Of a DNA stretch of 54,493 bases, positions 21,004 through 29,966 are shown one piece after another. The DNA lies in the IMG/VR virus record IMGVR_UViG_3300034095_001964. The stretch is one strand, 5' to 3'. The DNA comes from an uncultured virus (IMG/VR IMGVR_UViG_3300034095_001964) (Duplodnaviria > Heunggongvirae > Uroviricota > Caudoviricetes). A program made the translations under genes and the position numbers. Each line of letters begins with the position of its first letter. Position 1 is the stretch's first letter. The notes under the pieces were generated by a model. That model saw only the letters and a program-made list of their open reading frames with translations. It did no database searches and was not told where the DNA came from.

Positions 21004-21648
21004 ATGAAGTTAATTACCGAACATTTAGAAGATTTACACTATTTGGTTGAATCGTCTGCGGATGGCAGTAAGAACTATGTGATTGAAGGGATATTCATGC
21101 AGGCCGAACAGCTTAATCGCAATCGCCGTGTGTATCCAAAACCAATTTTAGAAAGTGCAGTTGCAAAGTATGTAACTGAATATGTTAATCGCGGACGTGC
21201 TGTGGGTGAATTGAATCACCCTGAAGGCCCTGCAATTAACCTCGATAAAGTTTCGCATCGCATTACCGCTCTCAAGTGGAATGGTAATGATGTTGTTGGA
21301 AAAGCACTCATCCTGAATACGCCAATGGGTAAAATTGTGAAAGGACTATTGGAAGGCGGATGTCAGTTGGGTGTTTCAAGCCGTGGTATGGGAACCGTTG
21401 CAAGCAAGAATGGTCAAACATTTGTCAATGACGACTATGTGTTGTCCACAGTAGATATTGTACAAGATCCAAGTGCTCCGTCCGCTTTTGTGAACGGCAT
21501 TATGGAAGGAGTAGAGTGGATCTGGGATAACGGACTACTTAAGCCGCAACAAATTGAAATGTATGAGACAGAAATTAAGAAGGCCTCTTTTGCTAAACAA
21601 GCTATAGCTCAGGAACGCATCTTCAAAGATTTCCTCTCCAAACTCTAA
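21004..21648 (+). CDS. gp21: Prohead protease gp21
   Basis: MKLITE, IEGIFMQAE..NRNRRVYP, GELNHP, GVSSRGMG, DIVQDPSAPSAFV; TATAAATA at 20983-20990. Confidence 0.97.
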   Translation: MKLITEHLEDLHYLVESSADGSKNYVIEGIFMQAEQLNRNRRVYPKPILESAVAKYVTEYVNRGRAVGELNHPEGPAINLDKVSHRITALKWNGNDVVGKALILNTPMGKIVKGLLEGGCQLGVSSRGMGTVASKNGQTFVNDDYVLSTVDIVQDPSAPSAFVNGIMEGVEWIWDNGLLKPQQIEMYETEIKKASFAKQAIAQERIFKDFLSKL

Positions 21649-21670
21649 ACAAAATAAAGTAATATAACTT

Positions 21671-22801
21671 ATGCAAAAAACATACGAAACAATTGAAGAC
21701 GATATCATTGAAGATATCACCGAAGAAACATTACTTTCTCTTGACCAAACTTTAGAGGCGGACGCGGAATCTATTGAGATCGCTGAAGCTAAAGTTAAGG
21801 AAGAAGAGGAAGATGAAGACGAAGAAGAAGATGCTGACGAAATGGAAGATGACGAAATGGAAGAAGCAATGGATGGCGTTGGTAAAGAAGATGACGACGT
21901 CGACAACGACGGTGATTCCGATGAAACCGATGCGTATCTAAAGAATCGTCGAAAGAAGATTACGGCTGCTATTGAGAAGCAAAATGAAGATGTGCAACTT
22001 GAAGAAACGGTAGTTGTTGAAGAGCAGCTCGTTGTTGATTCAAGCGACATTACTCGCTTGGTTGAAAGCGAAGAAGGACTAACTGAACAATTTAAAGAAA
22101 AAGCAACGCTTATTTTTGAAACGGCAGTTCGCACCAAGGTTGCCGAAACTGAAGCAGTGCTTAAGGAAGAGTATGCAACGCGTTTGGCAGAAGAAGTTGA
22201 AAGCATCCAAGAAGACTTGGTTGAAAAGATTGACAGTTATCTGACATATGCAGTTGAAAGCTGGGTTGCAGACAATAAGGTTGCCGTTGAAAGTACATTG
22301 CGTACTGAGATTGCTGAAAACTTTATCACTTCACTTAAGAGCGTATTTGTTGAAAACTATATTGATGTGCCTGAAGGTAAGACAGATTTGGTTGCACAAA
22401 TGGAAGCCGAATTATCAGAAAGTCAAAAGGAAGCTGCAAAGCTTGAGCGTATTGCTGAGAGCCTTGCTGAAAAAGTGGAAACACTATCTCGCGCAAATGT
22501 TCTTGCCGAAGCTTCTCGTGACCTTGCTGATACACAAGCTGCACGACTGCAGTCACTATCTGAAGATGTACAATATGTTGATGCCATTTCATTCCGTAAG
22601 AAAATTGAAACTCTAAAGGAGTTTTATATCAATAGCCGTCAAAATGTCGAAGAAGAAACCGTTGAAGATTCTTCATACGTCAGTACAGAAACTATCGTCG
22701 AAAACGAAACATTTGGTGAAACAATTTCACCAAACATGCAAAACTATCTAACCGCAATATCTCGCCTCAACAATGCGTCTAGCGCAAATCTTGTAGGCTA
22801 A
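21671..22801 (+). CDS. gp22: Prohead scaffold gp22
   Basis: Acidic coiled coil; FKEKATLIFETAV, KIDSYLTYAVESW, LRTEIAENFI, FVENYIDVPE. Confidence 0.93.
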   Translation: MQKTYETIEDDIIEDITEETLLSLDQTLEADAESIEIAEAKVKEEEEDEDEEEDADEMEDDEMEEAMDGVGKEDDDVDNDGDSDETDAYLKNRRKKITAAIEKQNEDVQLEETVVVEEQLVVDSSDITRLVESEEGLTEQFKEKATLIFETAVRTKVAETEAVLKEEYATRLAEEVESIQEDLVEKIDSYLTYAVESWVADNKVAVESTLRTEIAENFITSLKSVFVENYIDVPEGKTDLVAQMEAELSESQKEAAKLERIAESLAEKVETLSRANVLAEASRDLADTQAARLQSLSEDVQYVDAISFRKKIETLKEFYINSRQNVEEETVEDSSYVSTETIVENETFGETISPNMQNYLTAISRLNNASSANLVG

Positions 22802-22847
22802 TACACGGTTCCCAAAAACAAAAACAACAACCTAGAAAATAAAAATT

Positions 22848-24284
22848 ATGTTTAATTCAGAACAACTACAAAAAAAATGGGCTCCAATCTTGGAAGCCAA
22901 AGACGCTCCTGCATTCAAGGACAACTATCGTAAAGCAATCACTGCCGTTCTCCTTGAGAACCAAGAGAAAGCACTTCGTGAAGAAAACTCACAAGCGTCG
23001 TTCCTCAACGAAGGCAACAGCATTGGTGCTGGCACCGGTGCAGTTAAGACCTGGGACCCGGTTCTTATTAGCCTTGTTCGTCGTGCAATGCCTAACATTG
23101 TTGCTTATGACATTGCTGGTGTTCAACCAATGACCATGCCTACCGGCCTGATCTTTGCAATGCGCTCAACCTATCAAAATGCTGCTGGCACAAACCAAGC
23201 TGAAGCACTCTTCAACAAGCCTGATACCGCTTTCTCTGGCGGTGTTACTACTGCACAAGGTGAAGCACTCACAGCAAATGGTACCAACGGTGGTTACTTT
23301 GATCCAAACATCGCCTTAGGCACTGGCATTTCTGGTGCTACCGTTAACGGTGCAACTGGTGCGTCTGGCCCTGGTGGAGAAAATGGTGCAAACGTTGTTC
23401 AAATCGGCCGTACGGCATCCGGTGGCGGTTTTGGTCAAATGGGTTTCACCGTTGACAAAACAACTGTTACTGCTCAGACACGTGCTCTTAAAGCAGAATA
23501 CACAATGGAACTTGCGCAAGACCTTAAGGCTGTTCACGGCCTTGATGCAGAAGCTGAACTTGCAAATATCTTGTCGGTTGAAATTCTTGCAGAAATCAAC
23601 CGTGAAGTTATCGAAACGGTTAACCTTAAGGCAATCACTGGTGGTATTCGTGGTGTAACACTTGTTGGTGCATCTGGTGCTGGTGGTGTTGCAACCGTTG
23701 GTAATCCAACCGGTTTATTTGATATTAACGAAGATGCAGATGGCCGTTGGGCTGTTGAGAAGTTCAAGTCACTTCTTTTCCAAATTGAAATTGAAGCCAA
23801 CAGTGTTGCTAGAGCAACACGTCGTGGCAAAGGCAACATTGTAATCTGTTCTTCAAACGTTGCAAGTGCTCTTGCAGCTGCTGGCGTTCTTGATTATGCT
23901 CCTGCTCTTGCAACCAACCTGAATGTTGATGATACTGGCAACGTATTTGCTGGTGTTCTTAATGGCCGCATGAAGGTGTTCATTGACCCATTTGCAGGAA
24001 ATGATTACATCACTGTTGGCTATCGTGGTACCAATGCATATGATGCTGGTATCTTCTATTGCCCATATGTTCCGTTGACAATGGTTCGTGCTGTTGATCC
24101 TAACACCTTCCAACCAAAGATTGGTTTCAAGACACGTTATGGTCTTGTTGCTAACCCGTTTGCAGGTGCTCCAACGGACAACAACAACACTGGTGCCAAC
24201 GCTCAAAACCCATACTTCCGTAGATTCGTTGTTACTGGTCTTGGTGGTGGTTCATACATCCCAACTGAGCAACCAGCTAGCTAA
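22848..24284 (+). CDS. gp23: Major capsid protein gp23
   Basis: KWAPILE, LISLVRRAMPN..AYDIAGVQPM..PTGLIFAMR, RALKAEYTMELAQDLKAVHGLDAE, FQPKIGFKTRYG. Confidence 0.98.
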   Translation: MFNSEQLQKKWAPILEAKDAPAFKDNYRKAITAVLLENQEKALREENSQASFLNEGNSIGAGTGAVKTWDPVLISLVRRAMPNIVAYDIAGVQPMTMPTGLIFAMRSTYQNAAGTNQAEALFNKPDTAFSGGVTTAQGEALTANGTNGGYFDPNIALGTGISGATVNGATGASGPGGENGANVVQIGRTASGGGFGQMGFTVDKTTVTAQTRALKAEYTMELAQDLKAVHGLDAEAELANILSVEILAEINREVIETVNLKAITGGIRGVTLVGASGAGGVATVGNPTGLFDINEDADGRWAVEKFKSLLFQIEIEANSVARATRRGKGNIVICSSNVASALAAAGVLDYAPALATNLNVDDTGNVFAGVLNGRMKVFIDPFAGNDYITVGYRGTNAYDAGIFYCPYVPLTMVRAVDPNTFQPKIGFKTRYGLVANPFAGAPTDNNNTGANAQNPYFRRFVVTGLGGGSYIPTEQPAS

Positions 24285-24311
24285 TTTGGAGTAATCCCTT
24301 TAGGGAATCGT

Positions 24312-24344
24312 AAGGCGGGCAATCGAAAGGTTGCCCGCCTTTTT
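24312..24344 (+). terminator. Intrinsic terminator after gp23
   Basis: AAGGCGGGCAATC-GAAA-GGTTGCCCGCCTT followed by TTT. Confidence 0.9.
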
Positions 24345-24366
24345 ACTTTAATAAATACCTTATAAT

Positions 24367-24819
24367 ATGGCTACCAATCTATTAGCATTGACCGGTTTTA
24401 AGATGCAGTTTAATACTGACCTGTTTCCATTGACACAACGCTTGGCCGTGGCCGCAAGCTTCCCGAGTATAAGCGTCAGTGAGGTTGCCATCAACTTCTC
24501 CAATAAAGCCGGTTTTGTTAGCAGTGGATTCCTACAATATGGCGAGTTGAGCGTACGCATTGGCGTTGATGAACGCCTAGGTGTGTATGATGAATTGTAC
24601 AATTGGTTAAAGCGCAACAGCGAAGGTGGAGCTTTAGAATCTTACGACTTGGTATTGAATTTTGTCACAAGTCATTTTAATGTATCACGCAGTGTACAAT
24701 TTACTCAAGTGTTTGCTAGCAGCATTGGCGGTATGGAATTAAACGCACAGGCAAGTGATGTTGAATATGCATTCATTGATGTAACGTTCAAATATGACAA
24801 TTTTAATTTCTTAGATTAA
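24367..24819 (+). CDS. gp3: Tail completion/tube terminator gp3-like
   Basis: NLLALTGFK, YGELSVRIGVDE.L..Y.ELYNW, VTFKY; position after gp23. Confidence 0.75.
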   Translation: MATNLLALTGFKMQFNTDLFPLTQRLAVAASFPSISVSEVAINFSNKAGFVSSGFLQYGELSVRIGVDERLGVYDELYNWLKRNSEGGALESYDLVLNFVTSHFNVSRSVQFTQVFASSIGGMELNAQASDVEYAFIDVTFKYDNFNFLD

Positions 24820-24843
24820 AAAGATATAAATCAATCTAGAACA

Positions 24844-25290
24844 ATGACTCTAGATGATATATTAAAAATGTGGACTGAGGACAGTAAGATTGACGAAATT
24901 AATCTTGATGTTACCAGTATGAAGAGCGCGCAGTTGCATGCAAAATATCTTGAGCTGTATGGCCTAAGTAAGCTGCAACTCAAGAAAGGCGAATTGGGTA
25001 TGGCTGTTTTAAAAAAAGACAAGTGGCTCTATTACAATGGAAAGATGAATAAAGAAGATATGGACGCGCGTGGATGGAGCTATGACCCATTTGCTGGTAT
25101 GGCAAAACCTCTTAAAAGTGATATGGACTTGTACTATGAAACTGACTCTGACCTTACCAAACTCCGCATGAAGTTGGATTATCAGCAGGTTATTGTTGAG
25201 AGTCTTAAGGATATTCTTGACAACATCAAATGGCGCCACACCCATATTAAAAATATGTTGGATTTTCGAAGATTCACAGCTGGAGTTTGA
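24844..25290 (+). CDS. uvsY: Recombination mediator UvsY
   Basis: W.EDSKID, LHAKYL, KWLYYNGK, IKNMLDFRRFTAG. Confidence 0.92.
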   Translation: MTLDDILKMWTEDSKIDEINLDVTSMKSAQLHAKYLELYGLSKLQLKKGELGMAVLKKDKWLYYNGKMNKEDMDARGWSYDPFAGMAKPLKSDMDLYYETDSDLTKLRMKLDYQQVIVESLKDILDNIKWRHTHIKNMLDFRRFTAGV

Positions 25291-25475
25291 TATGACAGTT
25301 ATAAAGGTTCAGGAACATTTTGGAAAAAGTATTTAAAAAATACGGAGATAACATTAAAACTGAACTTATCTTTGAAACCGCAGATAAAGATGAATTTAAA
25401 AAAGTTGCCACCGAAAAGAGTATCGAATATGAATAGATGGCATTTTGAAAATTGTAAATATAAAAATAATGTCTG
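25291..25475 (+). pseudogene. Decayed GIY-YIG homing endonuclease remnant
   Basis: YKGSGTFWKKYLK, then after a frameshift YGDNIKTELIFE, then SNMNRWHFENCKYK; no start codon; internally deleted. Confidence 0.7.
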
Positions 25476-26968
25476 ATATACGTGTACATAAAGTTGATGA
25501 AACTACATTAAGATTATTGTCTGACGATCACGGCATTTTAATGGAAGTAAATGAATATTTTACTTTCTTTGTTGAAGGCTACAAATATATGCCTCTCTTC
25601 AAAAATCGCATGTGGGATGGTAAATGTAGATTATATAATAGTAAGACTTCTACATTACCATATGGTCTCTTGTTGGAATTGCTAAAGTTTGCGGAAGCGC
25701 GGCAATACACTGTAGAGCTTGATCGTGATATATGTGAGCGCACTCCGCAGGACAAAAGTACACTCCTTGATTATGCAAGGCGCTTGACGCTGATGGGCGG
25801 CCCAAACCGCATTGAAGCACGCAGTTATCAATTGAGCGCTTACGCACATGCGTTGAGCGAAGGCCGCAGTTTGGTTATTAGCCCAACCGGCAGTGGTAAG
25901 AGTCTAATTATCTACATGATGATACGTTGGTATCTTGACAATCATGATGACAGCATTCTTATTGTGGTGCCCACCACAAGTTTGGTTGAGCAGCTTACAA
26001 AAGACTTTGCTGATTATAGCAGCGCTGATGATGGCTTTGCGGCTGACGCAGATGTACACAAGATATATAGCGGTAAAGAAAAAAATAACTTTGACGCACG
26101 CGTTGTGGTTACCACATGGCAAAGCGCCATCACCTTGCCTAAACCTTGGTTTGCAAAGTATGGAATGGTTGTAGGCGATGAAGCACACCTGTTTAAAGCC
26201 AAGAGTCTCAACGCCATCATGAGTGCACTTGTAAATGCCAGCTATCGTATTGGCACAACTGGAACCATTGACAACAGTCAGTGCAATGAATTGGTATTGG
26301 TTGGTAACTTTGGGCCAGTACATCGTGTTGTTACAACAAAAGAATTGATTGACAGCAATACACTTGCGCCGTTGCAAATCAAATGTATTGTATTGAATCA
26401 CGCTGAAGAGTTAAAAAAGATTGTGTGCAAGCTGGATTATCAAGCCGAGATTGCGGCTATTGTAAGCCACGCCGGCCGCAATGCTTTTATTACGCGACTT
26501 GCTCTTGATCAAAAAGGCAATACACTGGTGTTGTTTAACCTGGTGGCCAAACACGGCAAACCATTGTATGAAGCTATTCGTGCAGCTGCCGCGCCTGAGC
26601 GCAAAGTATTTTATGTAAGCGGAGAAGTAAATGCAACTGATCGTGAAACCATTCGTGAAATTACCGAACAGCAAACAGATGCAATTATTGTTGCATCAAG
26701 CGGGTGCTTTAGTGTAGGGATAAATATTCGTAATCTCCATCAAATTGTTTTTGCTGCACCAACCAAGAGTCAAATACGAGTATTGCAAAGTATTGGGCGA
26801 GGCCTACGCAAAAGCGATGATGGGCGTGGGTGTACCGTGTATGACATATCAGACAACTTTAGCTGGAAAAAGAAAAAGAATTATACTATGAATCACGCCA
26901 TAGACCGCATCAAGATATACAATAAAGAAGGATTTGATTATAAGATTTACGAAATTCAATTGCCATGA
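25469..26968 (+). CDS. uvsW: UvsW helicase
   Basis: WDGKCRLY, SPTGSGKSLIIY, GDEAH, LQSIGRGLR; start at ATG 25469. Confidence 0.96.
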   Translation: MSDIRVHKVDETTLRLLSDDHGILMEVNEYFTFFVEGYKYMPLFKNRMWDGKCRLYNSKTSTLPYGLLLELLKFAEARQYTVELDRDICERTPQDKSTLLDYARRLTLMGGPNRIEARSYQLSAYAHALSEGRSLVISPTGSGKSLIIYMMIRWYLDNHDDSILIVVPTTSLVEQLTKDFADYSSADDGFAADADVHKIYSGKEKNNFDARVVVTTWQSAITLPKPWFAKYGMVVGDEAHLFKAKSLNAIMSALVNASYRIGTTGTIDNSQCNELVLVGNFGPVHRVVTTKELIDSNTLAPLQIKCIVLNHAEELKKIVCKLDYQAEIAAIVSHAGRNAFITRLALDQKGNTLVLFNLVAKHGKPLYEAIRAAAAPERKVFYVSGEVNATDRETIREITEQQTDAIIVASSGCFSVGINIRNLHQIVFAAPTKSQIRVLQSIGRGLRKSDDGRGCTVYDISDNFSWKKKKNYTMNHAIDRIKIYNKEGFDYKIYEIQLP

Positions 26969-27381
26969 CCAAAGAAGACAACCAATTGTTAGACAGCCTT
27001 GACATTCGTGTATATACCACAGTAAGCGGACGGCAACTTGTTGGTGAATTTGAAGAGCTACACAATGAAGTAATCATACTCAACAGCACACTTGAAATGG
27101 TACGTGTACACACTAAAGATGGCGTTGGTATGCGTATGATTAACGCAGTAGCGCACAACAATGGTGCTCCAATGCACCTTTACTTGCAATCTATAGAAAG
27201 CGAAAGCTTTGCAAGCAATCAACTTAAACAATTGTATTATAAGCAACTGCTGCTTGATAGACTCGCTGAATTGTTAACGGAGTCAGACAGCGATAAAAAC
27301 AAAGGTTATAAACAAACCTTTACTGACCTTGATCCTCCAGATTATGATTGGAGCAATTCAATTGACCGTTGGAGCAACTAA
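26965..27381 (+). CDS. Conserved hypothetical protein between uvsW and gp55
   Basis: ATGA overlap with uvsW; usual position of a small conserved gene in T4-like phages. Confidence 0.7.
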   Translation: MTKEDNQLLDSLDIRVYTTVSGRQLVGEFEELHNEVIILNSTLEMVRVHTKDGVGMRMINAVAHNNGAPMHLYLQSIESESFASNQLKQLYYKQLLLDRLAELLTESDSDKNKGYKQTFTDLDPPDYDWSNSIDRWSN

Positions 27382-27405
27382 TTGGTTGTTAGTGAATCTT
27401 ATATT

Positions 27406-27434
27406 ATTATAACACAAGTGAATATTCTTGTAAA
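27406..27434 (-). promoter_or_regulatory. Antisense sigma70-like promoter divergent from gp55
   Basis: Minus strand TTTACA-17-TATAAT with an extended TGn. Confidence 0.65.
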
Positions 27435-27465
27435 CAACAAAATGCATTTGCATAGAAAAAAGTTA

Positions 27466-27493
27466 TTTACATTTCTCTACTTTTTGTTATAAT
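27466..27493 (+). promoter_or_regulatory. Early sigma70-like promoter of gp55
   Basis: TTTACA-16-TATAAT with TG; 6 nt before the ATG. Confidence 0.7.
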
Positions 27494-27499
27494 ATAGGT

Positions 27500-28114
27500 A
27501 TGGAAATTGAAAAACCAAAAAGAAAAAGCCGTGGCACTGACTATGTAAACAATGCACTATTTAGTGCAGAGGTTACAGCATATGTCAATGAAGTATCGGC
27601 ATCACTAGCAAGCGACACTGAAGCGCCAAACATTCCCAATCATATTGGTGAAGCATTTATGAAAATTTGCAACGGGTTGGCGCGCAGCCCAAGTTTCATG
27701 AATTATAGTTATCGCGAAGATATGGTTATGGATGCCGTAGAAAATTGTGTTAAAGCAATTATGAATTATGACGTCAACAAAACCACACGCACCGGCGCGC
27801 CCAACGCATTTAGCTACTTTACACAAATTGCCTACTTTGCTTTCCTGCGTCGTATAGCCAAAGAAAAGAAGCAAACCACCATAAAGCAGCTGCTTATTGA
27901 AAAAGGCGGTATTGGTATGTTTGCAGAATTTAATGATGACACACTCAATGGCGGAGAAACCATGGTTGAAAAGATTCGTCAAAAGAATGACGCGTTTTAT
28001 CATGTTGATCGCTGCACTGCAACCGCTGAAGCTTTACCCAAGAAGAAGCCAGCCGCATTTAAAAAGTCAGCCAAACCCAAGGCTGGTCCGCTTGCTGACT
28101 TTTTAAACTCTTAA
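27500..28114 (+). CDS. gp55: Late sigma factor gp55
   Basis: YVNNALF, IGEAFMKIC.GLA..PSF.NYSYREDMV.DAVENC, NAFSYFTQIAYFAFLRRIAKEKKQ. Confidence 0.96.
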   Translation: MEIEKPKRKSRGTDYVNNALFSAEVTAYVNEVSASLASDTEAPNIPNHIGEAFMKICNGLARSPSFMNYSYREDMVMDAVENCVKAIMNYDVNKTTRTGAPNAFSYFTQIAYFAFLRRIAKEKKQTTIKQLLIEKGGIGMFAEFNDDTLNGGETMVEKIRQKNDAFYHVDRCTATAEALPKKKPAAFKKSAKPKAGPLADFLNS

Positions 28115-28115
28115 C

Positions 28116-28143
28116 ATGAAGATTGCTCCTAAATCATGGTGTC
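28116..28143 (+). pseudogene. Eroded original 5' end of gp47
   Basis: ATG AAG ATT GCT (MKIA) then CTA AAT / CAT GGT GTC (LN..HGV), resembling the MKIAILNDTHxGV start of gp47 homologs. Confidence 0.45.
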
Positions 28144-28161
28144 TTTATTATAAATACAAAT

Positions 28162-28890
28162 ATGCACGTCATATATATAATATCATATTTACCACATATT
28201 CAAAATAATACTCCACCTTTTTATTATGTTGGGTCAAAGTGTAACTATAATAAAAAACGCAATTATCTTGGTTCATTAAGTAGTGTTCAATATACGTGGT
28301 ATAGTGATGATATCGGCGCAGGAGAATGGTGGACTAAACAAAAGAAAGAACATCCAGAGTATTTTGAATTTAAAATCCTTGAGGAATATGATCAATCGGT
28401 ATCGGCCAAAGATATGACTATATTTGAACTGGAATACCATAATTCACTTAACGTTTTAACCGATTTGTATTTTAATTTTGCAAAAGCAACCCGAGGATTT
28501 TGTGGCTGCAAACGCAGCCCAGAATCAAAACTATTAATATCCGAGAAGACTCGATCATTTTGGAAAAGTGATGAAGGGCAATTAAAAAAAAGTCGTCTGT
28601 CTAAACGAAATTCTTTAACAAAATCACATGAATTAAAAGAAAAGTGGCAAGACCCAGAGTTTATTGTGAAAATGGCGTCCAGACGCCCACCGGTCCACAC
28701 ACCTGAAGGTTTAATAGTTTTATCAGATAAAATGAAAGCTAGACGCAAACTCATTAAAAACAGAATGGTTGAAGTTGATGGTGTTTTATATGATGACGCA
28801 ATTGCTGCTTCAGTAAAATTTGGAATTGACGCCGTTAATGTAAGACGGCGTTGTAGAATGGGTAGATATCCTAATTGGAAATACGTATGA
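28162..28890 (+). CDS. Free-standing GIY-YIG-type homing endonuclease
   Basis: HVIYIISY...PPFYYVGSK...YLGS; NUMOD/HTH-like C-terminus (VEVDGVLYD..IAAS..FGI...VRRRC); AT-rich; TATAAATA at 28149-28156. Confidence 0.8.
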   Translation: MHVIYIISYLPHIQNNTPPFYYVGSKCNYNKKRNYLGSLSSVQYTWYSDDIGAGEWWTKQKKEHPEYFEFKILEEYDQSVSAKDMTIFELEYHNSLNVLTDLYFNFAKATRGFCGCKRSPESKLLISEKTRSFWKSDEGQLKKSRLSKRNSLTKSHELKEKWQDPEFIVKMASRRPPVHTPEGLIVLSDKMKARRKLIKNRMVEVDGVLYDDAIAASVKFGIDAVNVRRRCRMGRYPNWKYV

Positions 28891-29966
28891 AAATAGTTGT
28901 AATTTGCGACACACACTTTGGCGTTAAAAATGGATCTGATATATTTCTTAATTATCAGCAACGTTTTTTTAATGAAGTATTTTTCCCTTATTGTGTAAAG
29001 AATAATATAAAAAAGATACTTCACCTTGGCGATTTTTATGATCACCGCAGGTATATTAATTTTAAAGTATTGCAGCGAACTAATGAATTCTTAATGAGCA
29101 AATTAGGTGAGTATGGAATGCACATGGATATTATACCTGGAAACCATGATGTGTTTTTTAAAGGAACCAATGACCTGTGTAGCCTCAACGAAGTGCTTGG
29201 CAAGTATCCTGAGGTGATTAGCGTTCATATGAAACCCACAGTTGTAAGCTATGGTTCATTAGACATTGCACTGTTGCCATGGATCAATGCTGAAAATTAT
29301 GCAGATAGTATACGCTTTATTGAGAGCGCACCGGCAGCATGGCTTGGCAGCCACCTTGAATTGAGTGGATTTGAAATGATGAAAGGCGCACCAGCTACCA
29401 GCCATGGTATGGACGCCTCATTGTTTGCACGCTATGAAACTGTAATGAGCGGACACTATCACACCAAGAGTCAGCGTGACAATATTCATTATCTTGGCGT
29501 TGCCTACGAACACACCTGGGCAGATTGCAATGACCCCAAGTATTGGCATGTGATTGACACCGAAACGCGTGAGCTGTTGCCGGTACGCAATGACTTGTGC
29601 ATCTTTAAGAAACTGGTATATGATGATACACCATATGATTCACCGGTTGAGGCTGTCAACCGCATGGATGTCTCTGGAGTAAACGGCACCTTTGTCAAAG
29701 TAATTGTTGCTGCAAAGAAAGACCCATTTGCTTTTGACAAATACCTTGATCGTATCAGCGCTCAAGAGCCGTTTGACTTAAAGATTGTTGAAAATTTTGC
29801 AGAGTATAACAGCGAGAATGTTCTTGACGATGAAGTTAACATTAGCGACACCAGCACACTATTAAATACATATGTTGATGCTGTTGAAACCGAATTGGAC
29901 AAAGACCGTATCAAAGGCAAATTGCAAGAACTTTACGTTGAAGCGCAAACCGCAGACGCATTATGA
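28887..29966 (+). CDS. gp47: Recombination endonuclease subunit gp47 (Mre11-like)
   Basis: DTHFG, HLGDFYD.R, IIPGNHD, SGHYH. Confidence 0.95.
   Translation: MKIVVICDTHFGVKNGSDIFLNYQQRFFNEVFFPYCVKNNIKKILHLGDFYDHRRYINFKVLQRTNEFLMSKLGEYGMHMDIIPGNHDVFFKGTNDLCSLNEVLGKYPEVISVHMKPTVVSYGSLDIALLPWINAENYADSIRFIESAPAAWLGSHLELSGFEMMKGAPATSHGMDASLFARYETVMSGHYHTKSQRDNIHYLGVAYEHTWADCNDPKYWHVIDTETRELLPVRNDLCIFKKLVYDDTPYDSPVEAVNRMDVSGVNGTFVKVIVAAKKDPFAFDKYLDRISAQEPFDLKIVENFAEYNSENVLDDEVNISDTSTLLNTYVDAVETELDKDRIKGKLQELYVEAQTADAL

Noticed and set aside
21535..22206. Long minus-strand ORFs (also 35070-35798, 44658-45341, 28392-29045, 18389-18991)
   Set aside because: They are shadows of well-supported + strand genes and show no recognisable motifs.
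25288..25475. UvsY TGA read-through into the in-frame downstream sequence
   Set aside because: UvsY ends at its normal C-terminus, and the downstream sequence is a frameshifted endonuclease remnant.
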